A stretch of DNA of 64,000 nt from Gemmatimonadaceae bacterium (GTDB lineage Bacteria > Gemmatimonadota > Gemmatimonadetes > Gemmatimonadales > Gemmatimonadaceae), in the NCBI GenBank assembly GCA_052387735.1, contig JBQTIW010000035.1, positions 24,626-88,625 of the forward strand. Reading direction: 5' to 3'. This document shows positions 20,672 to 29,838 of this stretch, piece after piece. Within the stretch, counting starts at the first letter, position 1. Every line of letters begins with the position of its first letter. Under the pieces are notes generated by a model that was not told where the DNA came from, did not search any database, and worked only from the letters and a program-made list of their open reading frames with translations. A program made the position numbers and the translations under genes.

Positions 20672-20971
20672 CTCGTCGTCCAGCGCCTGGAAATGCTGAC
20701 GCTGCCGCGCTCGTTGGCGCGGTGTTGAGTCATAGAGTCCGACGATTTGACGTGTCTGCAGCCGGATCAGCCATCCGACGGTGTCCACGAACTCGATCCA
20801 CCGCGGCCTGAGGCGCCGTCCTGTCACGTCCGCGATCCAGGCCCCCACTGCGCGTGAGACACGGAGCGACCCGAAGTCACCCCACACCACTACGAACTCC
20901 TGAGTTGAGCGCCACGACCGCGTGGGCTCTCGCTCAATTGTCTTCCACATCATCATCATCATCTGGATCAC
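20660..20971 (-). CDS. hypothetical protein (103 aa) beginning with five tandem ATG codons
   Basis: GTG-ATC-CAG-(ATG)5-TGG. No recognisable family. Moderately high GC3. Confidence 0.4.
   Translation of the reverse strand: MIQMMMMMWKTIEREPTRSWRSTQEFVVVWGDFGSLRVSRAVGAWIADVTGRRLRPRWIEFVDTVGWLIRLQTRQIVGLYDSTPRQRARQRQHFQALDDEESG
20948..20962. repeat. (CAT)5 / (ATG)5 trinucleotide repeat
   Basis: catcatcatcatcat read directly. Lies at the 5' end of the 20660-20971 ORF. Confidence 0.9.
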
Positions 20972-20999
20972 CGTTCACGTTCTGTGAGGCCACAACACA

Positions 21000-21033
21000 A
21001 CGCCCCGCCGCGACCATCGTCGCGGCGGGGCGT
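21000..21033 (-). terminator. very stable hairpin (15-bp perfect stem, 4-nt loop), terminator-like on the minus strand
   Basis: ACGCCCCGCCGCGAC-catc-GTCGCGGCGGGGCGT. On the minus strand it is followed by TGTGTTGTGG. Confidence 0.5.
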
Positions 21034-21199
21034 GGGTCGAGCGTCGCTCGTTGCGCGCTCTATCCGACTCCTCCATCGCGATGACCAGCCCCTCCCCGAT
21101 CGGTGAGCCGATCGGGGGCAATGACGGCCGCAACGCACGTCCTGCGCGCTGGTTGCCGTTGCCATCTGTTGAGCTGTGCGAGATGCATACTCGTGTAAG

Positions 21200-21226
21200 A
21201 AAAACGTCCCGGGAATGACGCCCGGT
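21200..21226 (-). terminator. weak intrinsic terminator candidate after the LMW-PTP-like gene
   Basis: CCGGG/CCCGG 5-bp stem with a 7-nt loop. On the minus strand it is followed by GACGTTTTTCTT. Confidence 0.3.
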
Positions 21227-21291
21227 CACCACGGAGACCCCGACACCCCTGGTGCCGTCACAGGCATTCGGCGAGCGGGGATGAGGCGGTT

Positions 21292-21696
21292 CTACAGGTG
21301 CGCAGCCGCTGACATGAGGGCCGGTAGCCGGCTGACGATGGCGTCGCGGGCAGCCGCGTAGCCGTCACTGACTGCCGGCACGTCATCCCATCGTTCGACG
21401 TCCACTCCCGGTGGAATGATCTCCGACACGTCGCACGCAAATGACACCACGCGAACAGCGCCTCTGATTCTCGCACGCGTTGCGGCGCGCGGTCGCGGGT
21501 CGTGAAGCGGGGCCCCGTCCGATCGCAATCCGTCTACGACAGCCGGAGGGATGACCGCATCCGGCTCGATACCTAACGACTCCACGTCGAGGAGCACGCC
21601 GCGCTCCGTCGCCAATTTGCGCAGGTGCGCGGCAGCAATCTGGCTCTTGGCCGAGCCATGGAGACAGACGAACACCACACGAGGAACGTTCGGCAT
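21292..21696 (-). CDS. low-molecular-weight phosphatase / ArsC-like family protein
   Basis: 134 aa. N-terminal P-loop-like VVFVCLHGSAKSQIAAAHL. Its start overlaps the chrB stop by 1 nt. Confidence 0.65.
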   Translation of the reverse strand: MPNVPRVVFVCLHGSAKSQIAAAHLRKLATERGVLLDVESLGIEPDAVIPPAVVDGLRSDGAPLHDPRPRAATRARIRGAVRVVSFACDVSEIIPPGVDVERWDDVPAVSDGYAAARDAIVSRLPALMSAAAHL

Positions 21697-22685
21697 CAGG
21701 TGCCAGGCATGGGCTGCTGTTTTCGCTGGAACATCACGAGAAGGTCGTCGAATGCCGCGCTGCCGCGCTCGATCCGGATGGCGTCATCTTCGTGGGCGAG
21801 TGCTATGCCCTCGAGCAGCGCACCGATTCCCGCCGTTTCGTCGCGACCGAACCTGCCATCTCGCAGATCGAGATCGTGCACGACCTCACTCATCGCGATC
21901 AGCGCCGGATCGTGCAGATCAAAGCGGGTGAGGAGCGTTTCGAAGGTGCACCGGTCGCCTTCGTGGGTGAACTCCCCCGCAGCCATGTCGAACCGAAGCT
22001 CACCGGGAGCGACGCGACGCGTGGCCGGCTCCACAAACCGGAAGCGGGCCTCAGGGTCGATGAACCGCCGAATGAGCCAGGCGCTCGCGATGCGATCGAC
22101 GAACACACCGGACCGCGTGACCCAGGTGCGACCGTGATAGCTGCCTGCGGGAGCGCCCAATACCAATGGCAAGGAGGCAGATCCCGCAGTCTCGACGCGT
22201 CGTTCGACCTCAGCAATGGCAGCTTCGGCCTGACCTCGGCCCGGGGCGTCGAAGAAGTCAATCGCGCGGAGCTGTCCCATGCGGCGCTTGAGTCGCTGCA
22301 ACGCGCCTCGAGCAGCTGATTCCGGACCGCCGTCGGACACCGAACGCGATGTGCGCGCAGTCGCCTGAGCCGCCCTCGTGGCAAGGGCAGCATGCGCAAG
22401 GTCGCGGTAGCACGCGTCGCGCCTCTCGCGGAAGGTCGCGACGATGTCTGCGTCGGAAATACCCTCGACAAACGTCGCCTCACATACCAGAGCGTGTCCG
22501 CCGTCTGCCTCGATCGCCCGGCACAACGACCGAAACTGTCCCTGATTCCGGTCGCCCTCGGGAAGCACATAGACGGAATTCTTGAGCGCGAGCGCGCCGA
22601 ATCGCTCCAGGCTGCGGCGGACCTTGACGCGGAGATAGTCTGGTTTTGGAGGGATCTGATGGATTAGCAGTACCCAGCGGTTCAT
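21696..22685 (-). CDS. chrB: ChrB-domain chromate-resistance protein
   Basis: MNRWVLLIHQIPPKPDYLRVKVRRSLERFGALALKNSVYVLPE is the characteristic ChrB N-terminus. Divergent from chrA. Confidence 0.75.
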   Translation of the reverse strand: MNRWVLLIHQIPPKPDYLRVKVRRSLERFGALALKNSVYVLPEGDRNQGQFRSLCRAIEADGGHALVCEATFVEGISDADIVATFRERRDACYRDLAHAALATRAAQATARTSRSVSDGGPESAARGALQRLKRRMGQLRAIDFFDAPGRGQAEAAIAEVERRVETAGSASLPLVLGAPAGSYHGRTWVTRSGVFVDRIASAWLIRRFIDPEARFRFVEPATRRVAPGELRFDMAAGEFTHEGDRCTFETLLTRFDLHDPALIAMSEVVHDLDLRDGRFGRDETAGIGALLEGIALAHEDDAIRIERGSAAFDDLLVMFQRKQQPMPGT

Positions 22686-22690
22686 GGCAT

Positions 22691-22726
22691 CTTGTGGTAA
22701 CACAGTTGCTCTATTGATATCACAAG
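22691..22726. promoter_or_regulatory. imperfect 12-bp inverted repeat in the AT-rich chrB-chrA divergent region (candidate operator)
   Basis: CTTGTGGTAACA (22691-22702) matches the reverse complement of TGATATCACAAG (22715-22726) at 10/12 positions. Includes the 8-bp palindrome TGATATCA. Confidence 0.35.
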
Positions 22727-22867
22727 TGTATCAGGCGATGATAGTGACCGCTAGGCGGTTCACCGAGTGATCCTGGTCCGTTGGATGGCAGACAAGTGCC
22801 GCGATATATGATCGATGATGTCGCCATTTGTCGCCCTTACTGTGGGAATTTGGTAGTGAGCCATACG

Positions 22868-24016
22868 ATGATCCAGGGATATCGCGAGGCCAACTTCCGG
22901 ATTTTCCGCCGCTTCCTGAGGTTCGGAGCGCTGGCATGGGGCGGTCCGCTCGCCCAGATCGACATGCTGCGGCAGGAGTTGGTGGAGGAAGAGAAGTGGG
23001 TGACACCTGAGCACTTCAACCGCGCGCTGGCGGTCTACCAGGCGTTGCCGGGTCCAGAGGCGCACGAGATGTGTGTGTACTTCGGCATGCGAGTGGGGGG
23101 TCGGCTCGGAGGGCTGCTGGCCGGGCTGGGATTCATGCTCCCCGGGTTCCTGTTGATGTTTGCGCTCTCGTGGATGTACGTGACGTTTGGCGCCAACACC
23201 GCGGCGCTGGCGATGCTGTTCTACGGATGCAAGCCCGCGGTTCTCGCCCTGATCGTGCGCGCCGTCCACCGCATCGGCCGGCATGCACTTACCGATAGGT
23301 GGCTTCTGGGAATTGGCTTCGGTGCAGGCGCGGCGAGTCTCGCCGGCTGGAGCTTTCTGCTGACGCTGCCAGTGGCGGGCGTCGTTTATGCCCTCGTCCG
23401 GCGGGGAAGCCCCGGGTCCGCCGTCCACCTGAGTCTGTTCATGCCGCTCTCCGTATTGCAGACCGGAGCATCCGCGGCCGTTCCTTCGCTCGCCGCGCTC
23501 GTCGGGTACGGGTTGCGCAGCGGACTGCTCACCTTCGGCGGCGCGTATACGGTGATTCCGTTTCTACAACACGATGCCGTGGTGCGAGGCGGATGGATGA
23601 CGAATGCGCAGTTCCTCGATGGGCTCGCGCTCGGCGGCATCCTCCCCGCTCCACTTATCATCTTCTCGACGTTCGTGGGATACGTGGGCGGCGGACCGTT
23701 AGGCGCCTTGGCCCTCACGGCTGGCATTTTCCTCCCCGCGTTCGCGTTTACGTTGATCGGCCATCGGCACGTAGAGCGCCTGATTGCCAACCAGGCGGCG
23801 CACGCCTTTCTCGACGGGGTAACCGCGGGTGTCGTCGGGCTGATCGCTGTCACGGCAATCGGGCTGTCTACCGACGCGGTTTCCAGTGTCCCCATGTTCG
23901 CTATCTTTGTGCTCGCGCTTGCCGCCGCCTATCTGTGGAAGGCGCGGGTTGCGGTCGTGGGCATCATGTTCGGCGCCGGGCTGCTGGGATGGGTATTCTC
24001 CACGCTTGTGACATGA
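22868..24016 (+). CDS. chrA: chromate ion transporter (CHR family)
   Basis: MIQGYREANFRIFRRFLRFGALAWGGPLAQIDMLRQELVEE... plus a second repeated half (LLTFGGAYTVIPFLQHDAV). Multiple TM segments. Confidence 0.85.
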   Translation: MIQGYREANFRIFRRFLRFGALAWGGPLAQIDMLRQELVEEEKWVTPEHFNRALAVYQALPGPEAHEMCVYFGMRVGGRLGGLLAGLGFMLPGFLLMFALSWMYVTFGANTAALAMLFYGCKPAVLALIVRAVHRIGRHALTDRWLLGIGFGAGAASLAGWSFLLTLPVAGVVYALVRRGSPGSAVHLSLFMPLSVLQTGASAAVPSLAALVGYGLRSGLLTFGGAYTVIPFLQHDAVVRGGWMTNAQFLDGLALGGILPAPLIIFSTFVGYVGGGPLGALALTAGIFLPAFAFTLIGHRHVERLIANQAAHAFLDGVTAGVVGLIAVTAIGLSTDAVSSVPMFAIFVLALAAAYLWKARVAVVGIMFGAGLLGWVFSTLVT

Positions 24017-26196
24017 CCGGGATTCGGCGCCTTCTGACACTTGCCGTCACCACATCGATCGGTATTCAGCCGTTAGGCGCCCAGAGCGAGCTGTGGCCGC
24101 GCGTCTACCGGGCGCAACCGGGTGATGTCGCCCCAGTGCTCGACGGTTTGCTTGGCGAGGCGATCTGGGCTCGCGCGGATAGCGTCACCGACTTCACGCA
24201 ACGGGATCCCGACGAAGGCGAACCGGTCTCCGAGCGCACTGTGGTTCGGTTCGTTGGCACCTCGGGTGGACTCTGGGTCGGTATCTGGGCGTACGATCGC
24301 GCTCCCGCAGCGATCCGCCATGCGCAGCTGCGGCGCGATGCCGACTTCGAGACTGATGATTCTTTCACCCTGGCATTCGATGCCCAAAGCGACCGGAGAT
24401 CCGGACTTCTGTTCTCGGTGAACCCAAACGGTGCTCTGCAGGACGCCGAGATCCTGAATTTCGAGAACGAGAACGAGGAGTGGGATGGCATCTGGGATGC
24501 GCGGGCCCACATAACCTCCGACGGGTGGGTCGCCGAGCTGTTCATTCCCTGGCAGACCCTGCGCTATCCGGATGGCGCGGCGAGCTGGGGCTTGAACATG
24601 CAGCGCTTCATCCGGCGGAAGAACGAGCGGGCGTTGTGGCGCGCGTGGCGCCGTGGTGAGGGAATCCGGTTCCTCGAGCGCCAGGGGCGGCTCGATGGCC
24701 TCAGCGGGTTGCCTGGCCGCGCGCGGGCCGAGGTCCGTCCATATGTCCTGGCCACCGGCCGTCTTGCCGATCGCCGGTTCGATGACCTCGGTCGCGACTC
24801 CGTCACCTCCGCGGCGTCGCAGTCCGGCGACGTGGGCGTCGATGCGAAGCTCGCGGTCGCCAACACGCTCACACTCGACCTGACGTACAACACGGACTTC
24901 GCGCAGGCGGAGGTCGACCAGCAGATCGTCAATCTCACGCGCTTCCCCGTGTTCTTTCCCGAGACTCGGCAGTTTTTCAACGAGGGAGCGGGAATCTTCG
25001 AGTTCGGGCGACAGGGACAGACTCAGCTCTTCTACAGCCGCCGCATCGGCTTGCGCGCGGACGGGCGGCCGCTGCCGATCATTGGAGGGGCACGCCTCTC
25101 CGGCCGCGTGGGCCGGCAGCAGGTTGGTGCGCTGGTCGTGCGCACCGGCGGCTCCGAAGACGCCACGGCGTTCGCTGCTCGCGTCAAGCGGGACGTGCTG
25201 GGCCGTGGCTACGTTGGCGCCATGGTCAATGGGCGCGATGCCAGGAGCGAATCGGCCAACGTGGCCGGGGGCGTCGACGTCAACCTGCCATACATCGTAA
25301 ACGGGCAGAACCTGGTCTTCATCGCCAACACCGCGTGGAACCACGACAGTGCCCTGGGTCGACTGGCCAATCACTCACGGATCGTGATCGACTACCCTAA
25401 CGATCACGCCGACATCGTGTTTCGCTACGATCGTGTGGAAGAGGGGTTCCAGCCGGCGCTTGGTTTCGTTTCGCAGTCGGGCATCAATCGATTTGCCGGT
25501 CAGATCCTGCTGACGCCGCGTCCGGAGCGTTGGAGCATTCGTCGGCTCGTGTTTTCGGCTGGCACCTGGGACTGGGTGACGCGCCTCGACGGGGGGCTCG
25601 ACCATGGATGGTTCGAAGTGCTTCCGCTCGGCGCCGAGTTCGAGAGCGGCGACTCCTTCGAGTTGAACTTCCAGCGGCACTGGGATGTGCCACCTGAGCA
25701 GTTCGAGGTCTTCCCCGGGTCGAACATTCCGGCGGGACGCTACGCCTGGAATTTCGCACAGCTCAACGTCGAGGGTTCCGAGGGGCGCAATGTGGTGCCG
25801 GAGCTCTCGATCCGTGTTGGCGAGTTCTACGATGGGCGCGCCGTGGAGTGGAGCACGGCAATCGGTATTCGCCGCGAACCTCATGTGCTGCTCACCGGAG
25901 AGTATGAACAGTCGCGGATCACACGTGGGGCGCAGAGCTTCACCGCGAGCACGGCGCGACTGCGTGCGGACTACGCGGTGTCGCCACGACTGAACACGAC
26001 GGTGTTCGGCCAGTACGACAATGAGTCGGAACGACTCACATTCAATGCGCGCGTTCGCTGGACGCGCTCGCCGGGGAGCGACCTGTACGTCGTCTGGAAC
26101 AGCGGGTGGCCGTCGGGGCTCGATCGTGGCATTCCCTGGAGCCGCCCGACCCGTGGGGCGCTTGTGGTCAAGTACATCCAGTACTTCCGGATGTAG
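24013..26196 (+). CDS. secreted DUF5916 / carbohydrate-binding-family-9-like domain protein
   Basis: ATG overlaps the chrA stop (ATGA). Signal peptide MTGIRRLLTLAVTTSIGIQPLGAQ. N-terminal DGLLGEAIWARADSVTDFTQRDPDEGEP block. The upstream 238 codons of the track ORF are a shadow of chrA. Confidence 0.55.
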   Translation: MTGIRRLLTLAVTTSIGIQPLGAQSELWPRVYRAQPGDVAPVLDGLLGEAIWARADSVTDFTQRDPDEGEPVSERTVVRFVGTSGGLWVGIWAYDRAPAAIRHAQLRRDADFETDDSFTLAFDAQSDRRSGLLFSVNPNGALQDAEILNFENENEEWDGIWDARAHITSDGWVAELFIPWQTLRYPDGAASWGLNMQRFIRRKNERALWRAWRRGEGIRFLERQGRLDGLSGLPGRARAEVRPYVLATGRLADRRFDDLGRDSVTSAASQSGDVGVDAKLAVANTLTLDLTYNTDFAQAEVDQQIVNLTRFPVFFPETRQFFNEGAGIFEFGRQGQTQLFYSRRIGLRADGRPLPIIGGARLSGRVGRQQVGALVVRTGGSEDATAFAARVKRDVLGRGYVGAMVNGRDARSESANVAGGVDVNLPYIVNGQNLVFIANTAWNHDSALGRLANHSRIVIDYPNDHADIVFRYDRVEEGFQPALGFVSQSGINRFAGQILLTPRPERWSIRRLVFSAGTWDWVTRLDGGLDHGWFEVLPLGAEFESGDSFELNFQRHWDVPPEQFEVFPGSNIPAGRYAWNFAQLNVEGSEGRNVVPELSIRVGEFYDGRAVEWSTAIGIRREPHVLLTGEYEQSRITRGAQSFTASTARLRADYAVSPRLNTTVFGQYDNESERLTFNARVRWTRSPGSDLYVVWNSGWPSGLDRGIPWSRPTRGALVVKYIQYFRM

Positions 26197-26313
26197 CGGT
26201 CCTCAATTGGAACCGCGCACGGCCGACGCGCGTCGTCGCGCCGTTGGGGCGCCCATAGCGCGATGAGGCTCCGGCGCTACTTTCACCGCGCTGTCCCCAC
26301 ACGGTGCCGTCCA

Positions 26314-29300
26314 ATGCGCTCACTCCGTTTCTTCGCACTCACGCTCATCGCGTCGGTCCTGACCACACAGGCTCCCGCGCAGACACCTGCCCAGGCGGAC
26401 AGTGCTGCACGCGTCGCCACCCGGGTGAATTCGCTGTCGCTCATCCCCACGCGCACGCTCAAGTTCACGACGAACGAGGGAACCTGGATCTCGCTCGACG
26501 TCTCGCCGGACGGGCGAACGATCGTGTTCGAACTGCTCGGCGACCTCTACACGCTGCCGATCAGTGGGGGGACGGCGACACGCATAACGAGTGGCCAGGG
26601 CTACGACACGCAGCCACGCTATTCGCCCGACGGTACCCGACTCGTATTCCTGAGTGATCGGAACGGATCGGAAAACGTCTGGACGGCTCGTGCGGACGGG
26701 ACACAACCCCGGGCGCTCAGCCGCGGGGAGCGGCAGAACTTCGTGTCTCCCACCTGGACGCCGGATGGTCAGTATGTCGTCGTCACTCGGGGCGGGCAAT
26801 TGTGGTTGTATCACCGGGACGGCGGCTCCGGCGTGCAGATGACGGGTGTGCGGCCGGCCGGAACACCACCCACGGCGCCCCCCCTGCCGAACTTGTTAGG
26901 CTCGGCATTCTCGAGTGATCCGCGCTACATCTGGGTCAACGCCAGCGGCAACCTGGCCGGGGAGTTCCAGACCGGCATCCCGGCCGACCCCTTTGGACCG
27001 GCGTTCGGTCCTGATCACGCGCCGCGCAGCTCGGCGCGACGCATCGGCACGTATCAGATCGGGTTGTACGATCGCAGCGTAGGACGCACGGCCGTCCGCA
27101 CCAGCGAGTCAGAAGGCGCGTTCCGTCCGATGCCGAGCCCCGATGGACGCTGGCTCGTGTATGCCACGCGTTTCGACGCTCGCGAGGCACTCAAGCTCCT
27201 CGATCTCACGACCGGCGACGAGCGGTGGCTCGTCATGGACGTGCAGCGCGATGCGAGTCAGGGCGGCACCGACCGCGATGTGTACCCGGGGTCCGCGTTT
27301 ACGCCCGACTCACGGGCACTGATCACCGCTCATAGTGGCAAGATTTGGCGTGTGGAGATCCCGTCTGGTACGGCCACGCCCATCCCCTTCACCGCCGAGA
27401 TCGAGCAACAGATCGGCCCGCTCGCGAGGTTCGACTATCCGATCAACGACTCCGTGCTGACGGTCAGTCAGATCCGTGGAGCGCGGCCGTCGCCGGATGG
27501 ACGCCGCGTGGTGTTTGCGGCGCTCGATCGCCTGTGGGTCGCCGACCTTCCCCCTGGTCACGGTGGCGTGGGTCGTCCGTCGGGCGCGCCGGCGAATCAC
27601 ACCACGATCACCAATGCACGTCGCCTGACGAGTGCGAATGTCATCGAGCACGCCCCGGTCTGGTCGCCCGACGGGCAGTGGGTGGCGTACGTCACGTGGA
27701 GCGATTCCGCAGGGGGCGACATCTATCGCGCGCCTGCCAACGGCAGCGGGGCACCGCAGCGGCTCACCCCGCGCTCGGCGTTTTACGACAAGATCAGCTA
27801 CGCGCCTAACGGGCGTCGAGTGCTTGGCGTGCGAGGGTCGAGGAACCACCGCCTGCGCACGCTCGAAGACTTCGGCAGCCACGGCCCCACGGCCGAGCTC
27901 GAGATCGTCTGGCTGCCTTCCACTGGTGGCGAGGTCTCCCGCATCTCCTGGCTTGGCACGGGCGCGACGGAACAGGGCCGCAACGTACCGCACTTTGGAC
28001 CCGACAGCACGCGGGTCTACGTGTGGAGTGGTTCGGAGGGACTGGTGTCCATGCGCTTCGACGGCACCGATCGTCGCACGATGATCCGTGTGACGGGTCT
28101 CGCCCCGCCAGCCGGGCCCGGGGCTCCGGCCACCCCGGACGAAGTGGTGCTCTCCCCGGACGGCGCGCGAGCCGTCGTGCGCACCGATCGCAACGTTTTT
28201 CTCATTGCGGTGCCTCCGGTTGGTGGTCAGCCACCCACCATTGCGGTGACCTCAGGATCCAGCGTGCCGACCACGCGTCTGACGAGAGTCGGTGGGGACT
28301 TCATCGGTTGGAGCAACGACGGACGACAAGCCTTCTTCTCGATAGGCAAGAGCTTCTTCCAGCATGATCTCGCATTGGCCGACTCTCTCGTGCGCGACTC
28401 CGTCAGTCGAGCCGAAGCGCTGTCCGCCGCGCCAGCGGCGAGGCCCGACAGCGCGGCGCGCCCCGACTCGGCGCGGCGGCCGACACCTGCATACGAGCCG
28501 TATCGCGTCGACATCGCCATCGTTGCACGCAAGGACCGGCCGAGCGGCGTCGTGGCGCTCCGCGGCGCGCGAATCGTGACGATGAACGGGCAGGAAGTCA
28601 TTCCGTCGGGCGATATCGTCGTCCGCGACAATCGCATCATTGGCGTCGGGCCGCGTGGTCGAGTGCCCATTCCTTCAGGAGCAAGGATCATCGACGTCTC
28701 CGGCAAGACGATCCTCCCCGGATTCGTCGACATTCACGCCCACACCTGGATCGCGTGGGGTTTGCATCGCAATCAGGTCTCGCAGTTCCTCGCACAGCTG
28801 GCCTATGGCGTGACCACGCAACGCGATCCCCAGACGTCGTCCGAGGACATCGTGACGTACAGCGATCTCATGGAAACGGGGGAGCTGATCGGGCCACGAC
28901 TGTTCTCCACGGGTCCCGGCATCTTTGGTGCGGACAACATCAAGAGCCTCGATGAAGCGCGCGACGTCGTCCGTCGTTATGCGGATCACTTCAACACGCA
29001 GACGATCAAGCAGTACGTCGCCGGCGATCGGAAGGTGAGGCAATGGGTGATCACGGCGGCGCGGGAAATGGGACTGACGACCACGACGGAAGGTGCGTCG
29101 GACTTCGTCATGAACCTCACGCTGATGCAAGACGGGTATGCGGGGCTCGAGCACTCCCTGCCGATCAGCCCGCTGTACCGCGATGTCGTGCAACTGGCCA
29201 GTTTCAGCGGCATCACGTACACGCCCACGTTCATCGTAGCGTATGGAGGCCCGAGCGGTTTTTCGTCGTTCCTCACCAGCTACGACGTCGACCAGGACAG

Positions 29301-29778
29301 GCGCTTGCGCTACTTCACGCCGCACGACGAGTTGGACAAATGGAAGACGACCACGTTCTATCGTGCTGACCAGTACGTACACAAGCTGCACTCGCAGCAG
29401 ATCCCCAAACTGGTAGAAGCAGGAGGACGCGTCGGACTCGGCTCGCACGGCGAGTTGCAGGGGCTGGGCACGCACTGGGAGCTCTGGATGATGGCGGCGG
29501 GTGGTCTCAAGCCGCACGACGCGCTCCGCGCGGCGACGATTCACGGTGCCGAGGCCATCGGGTTGTCCAAGGACGTCGGTTCGCTGGAAGTCGGCAAGCT
29601 CGCGGACCTGATCGTCCTCGATCGCAATCCGCTGCTCGATCTGACCAACACGGTGTCGGTGCGCAGCGTGATGAAGAACGGCCGGCTCTATGACGCTGCC
29701 ACGCTCAACGAGGTCTGGCCGCGCACGAAGCCGCTGTCGGCGCAGTGGTGGTGGAAGGTGGAACCAACGCCTCGGTAG
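26314..29778 (+). CDS. TolB-like beta-propeller (PD40 repeats) fused to an amidohydrolase
   Basis: Signal peptide MRSLRFFALTLIASVLTTQAPAQ. PD40-type repeats (PRYSPDGTRLVFLSDRNGSENVW; SPTWTPDGQYVV; PVWSPDGQWVAYV). C-terminal amidohydrolase (ILPGFVDIHAHTW ... ADLIVLDRNPL). Confidence 0.8.
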   Translation: MRSLRFFALTLIASVLTTQAPAQTPAQADSAARVATRVNSLSLIPTRTLKFTTNEGTWISLDVSPDGRTIVFELLGDLYTLPISGGTATRITSGQGYDTQPRYSPDGTRLVFLSDRNGSENVWTARADGTQPRALSRGERQNFVSPTWTPDGQYVVVTRGGQLWLYHRDGGSGVQMTGVRPAGTPPTAPPLPNLLGSAFSSDPRYIWVNASGNLAGEFQTGIPADPFGPAFGPDHAPRSSARRIGTYQIGLYDRSVGRTAVRTSESEGAFRPMPSPDGRWLVYATRFDAREALKLLDLTTGDERWLVMDVQRDASQGGTDRDVYPGSAFTPDSRALITAHSGKIWRVEIPSGTATPIPFTAEIEQQIGPLARFDYPINDSVLTVSQIRGARPSPDGRRVVFAALDRLWVADLPPGHGGVGRPSGAPANHTTITNARRLTSANVIEHAPVWSPDGQWVAYVTWSDSAGGDIYRAPANGSGAPQRLTPRSAFYDKISYAPNGRRVLGVRGSRNHRLRTLEDFGSHGPTAELEIVWLPSTGGEVSRISWLGTGATEQGRNVPHFGPDSTRVYVWSGSEGLVSMRFDGTDRRTMIRVTGLAPPAGPGAPATPDEVVLSPDGARAVVRTDRNVFLIAVPPVGGQPPTIAVTSGSSVPTTRLTRVGGDFIGWSNDGRQAFFSIGKSFFQHDLALADSLVRDSVSRAEALSAAPAARPDSAARPDSARRPTPAYEPYRVDIAIVARKDRPSGVVALRGARIVTMNGQEVIPSGDIVVRDNRIIGVGPRGRVPIPSGARIIDVSGKTILPGFVDIHAHTWIAWGLHRNQVSQFLAQLAYGVTTQRDPQTSSEDIVTYSDLMETGELIGPRLFSTGPGIFGADNIKSLDEARDVVRRYADHFNTQTIKQYVAGDRKVRQWVITAAREMGLTTTTEGASDFVMNLTLMQDGYAGLEHSLPISPLYRDVVQLASFSGITYTPTFIVAYGGPSGFSSFLTSYDVDQDRRLRYFTPHDELDKWKTTTFYRADQYVHKLHSQQIPKLVEAGGRVGLGSHGELQGLGTHWELWMMAAGGLKPHDALRAATIHGAEAIGLSKDVGSLEVGKLADLIVLDRNPLLDLTNTVSVRSVMKNGRLYDAATLNEVWPRTKPLSAQWWWKVEPTPR

Positions 29779-29838
29779 GACGCAGGGAAGCGGCGGTGGT
29801 GCCGGCGCCAGGATCGGAAGTGGAGGCCCGGCGTCGGC

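Noticed and set aside
20968-21165. The 65-aa minus-strand ORF between the two hairpins downstream of the LMW-PTP-like gene.
   Set aside because: Its Arg/Ser/Gly-rich translation runs straight through the 15-bp hairpin. It looks non-coding.
23299-24012. The upstream 238 codons of the 965-aa track ORF (23299-26196), and many other long ORFs such as 3962-4975(+), 24073-25374(-), 31168-32487(-), 52669-53970(-), 53553-54617(-), 59248-60753(-), 54384-55499(+) and 46544-47335(+).
   Set aside because: They lie in alternative frames or on the opposite strand of genes with clear family signatures. Their Arg/Pro/Gly/Ala-rich, low-complexity translations are typical of stop-codon-poor shadow frames in high-GC DNA.
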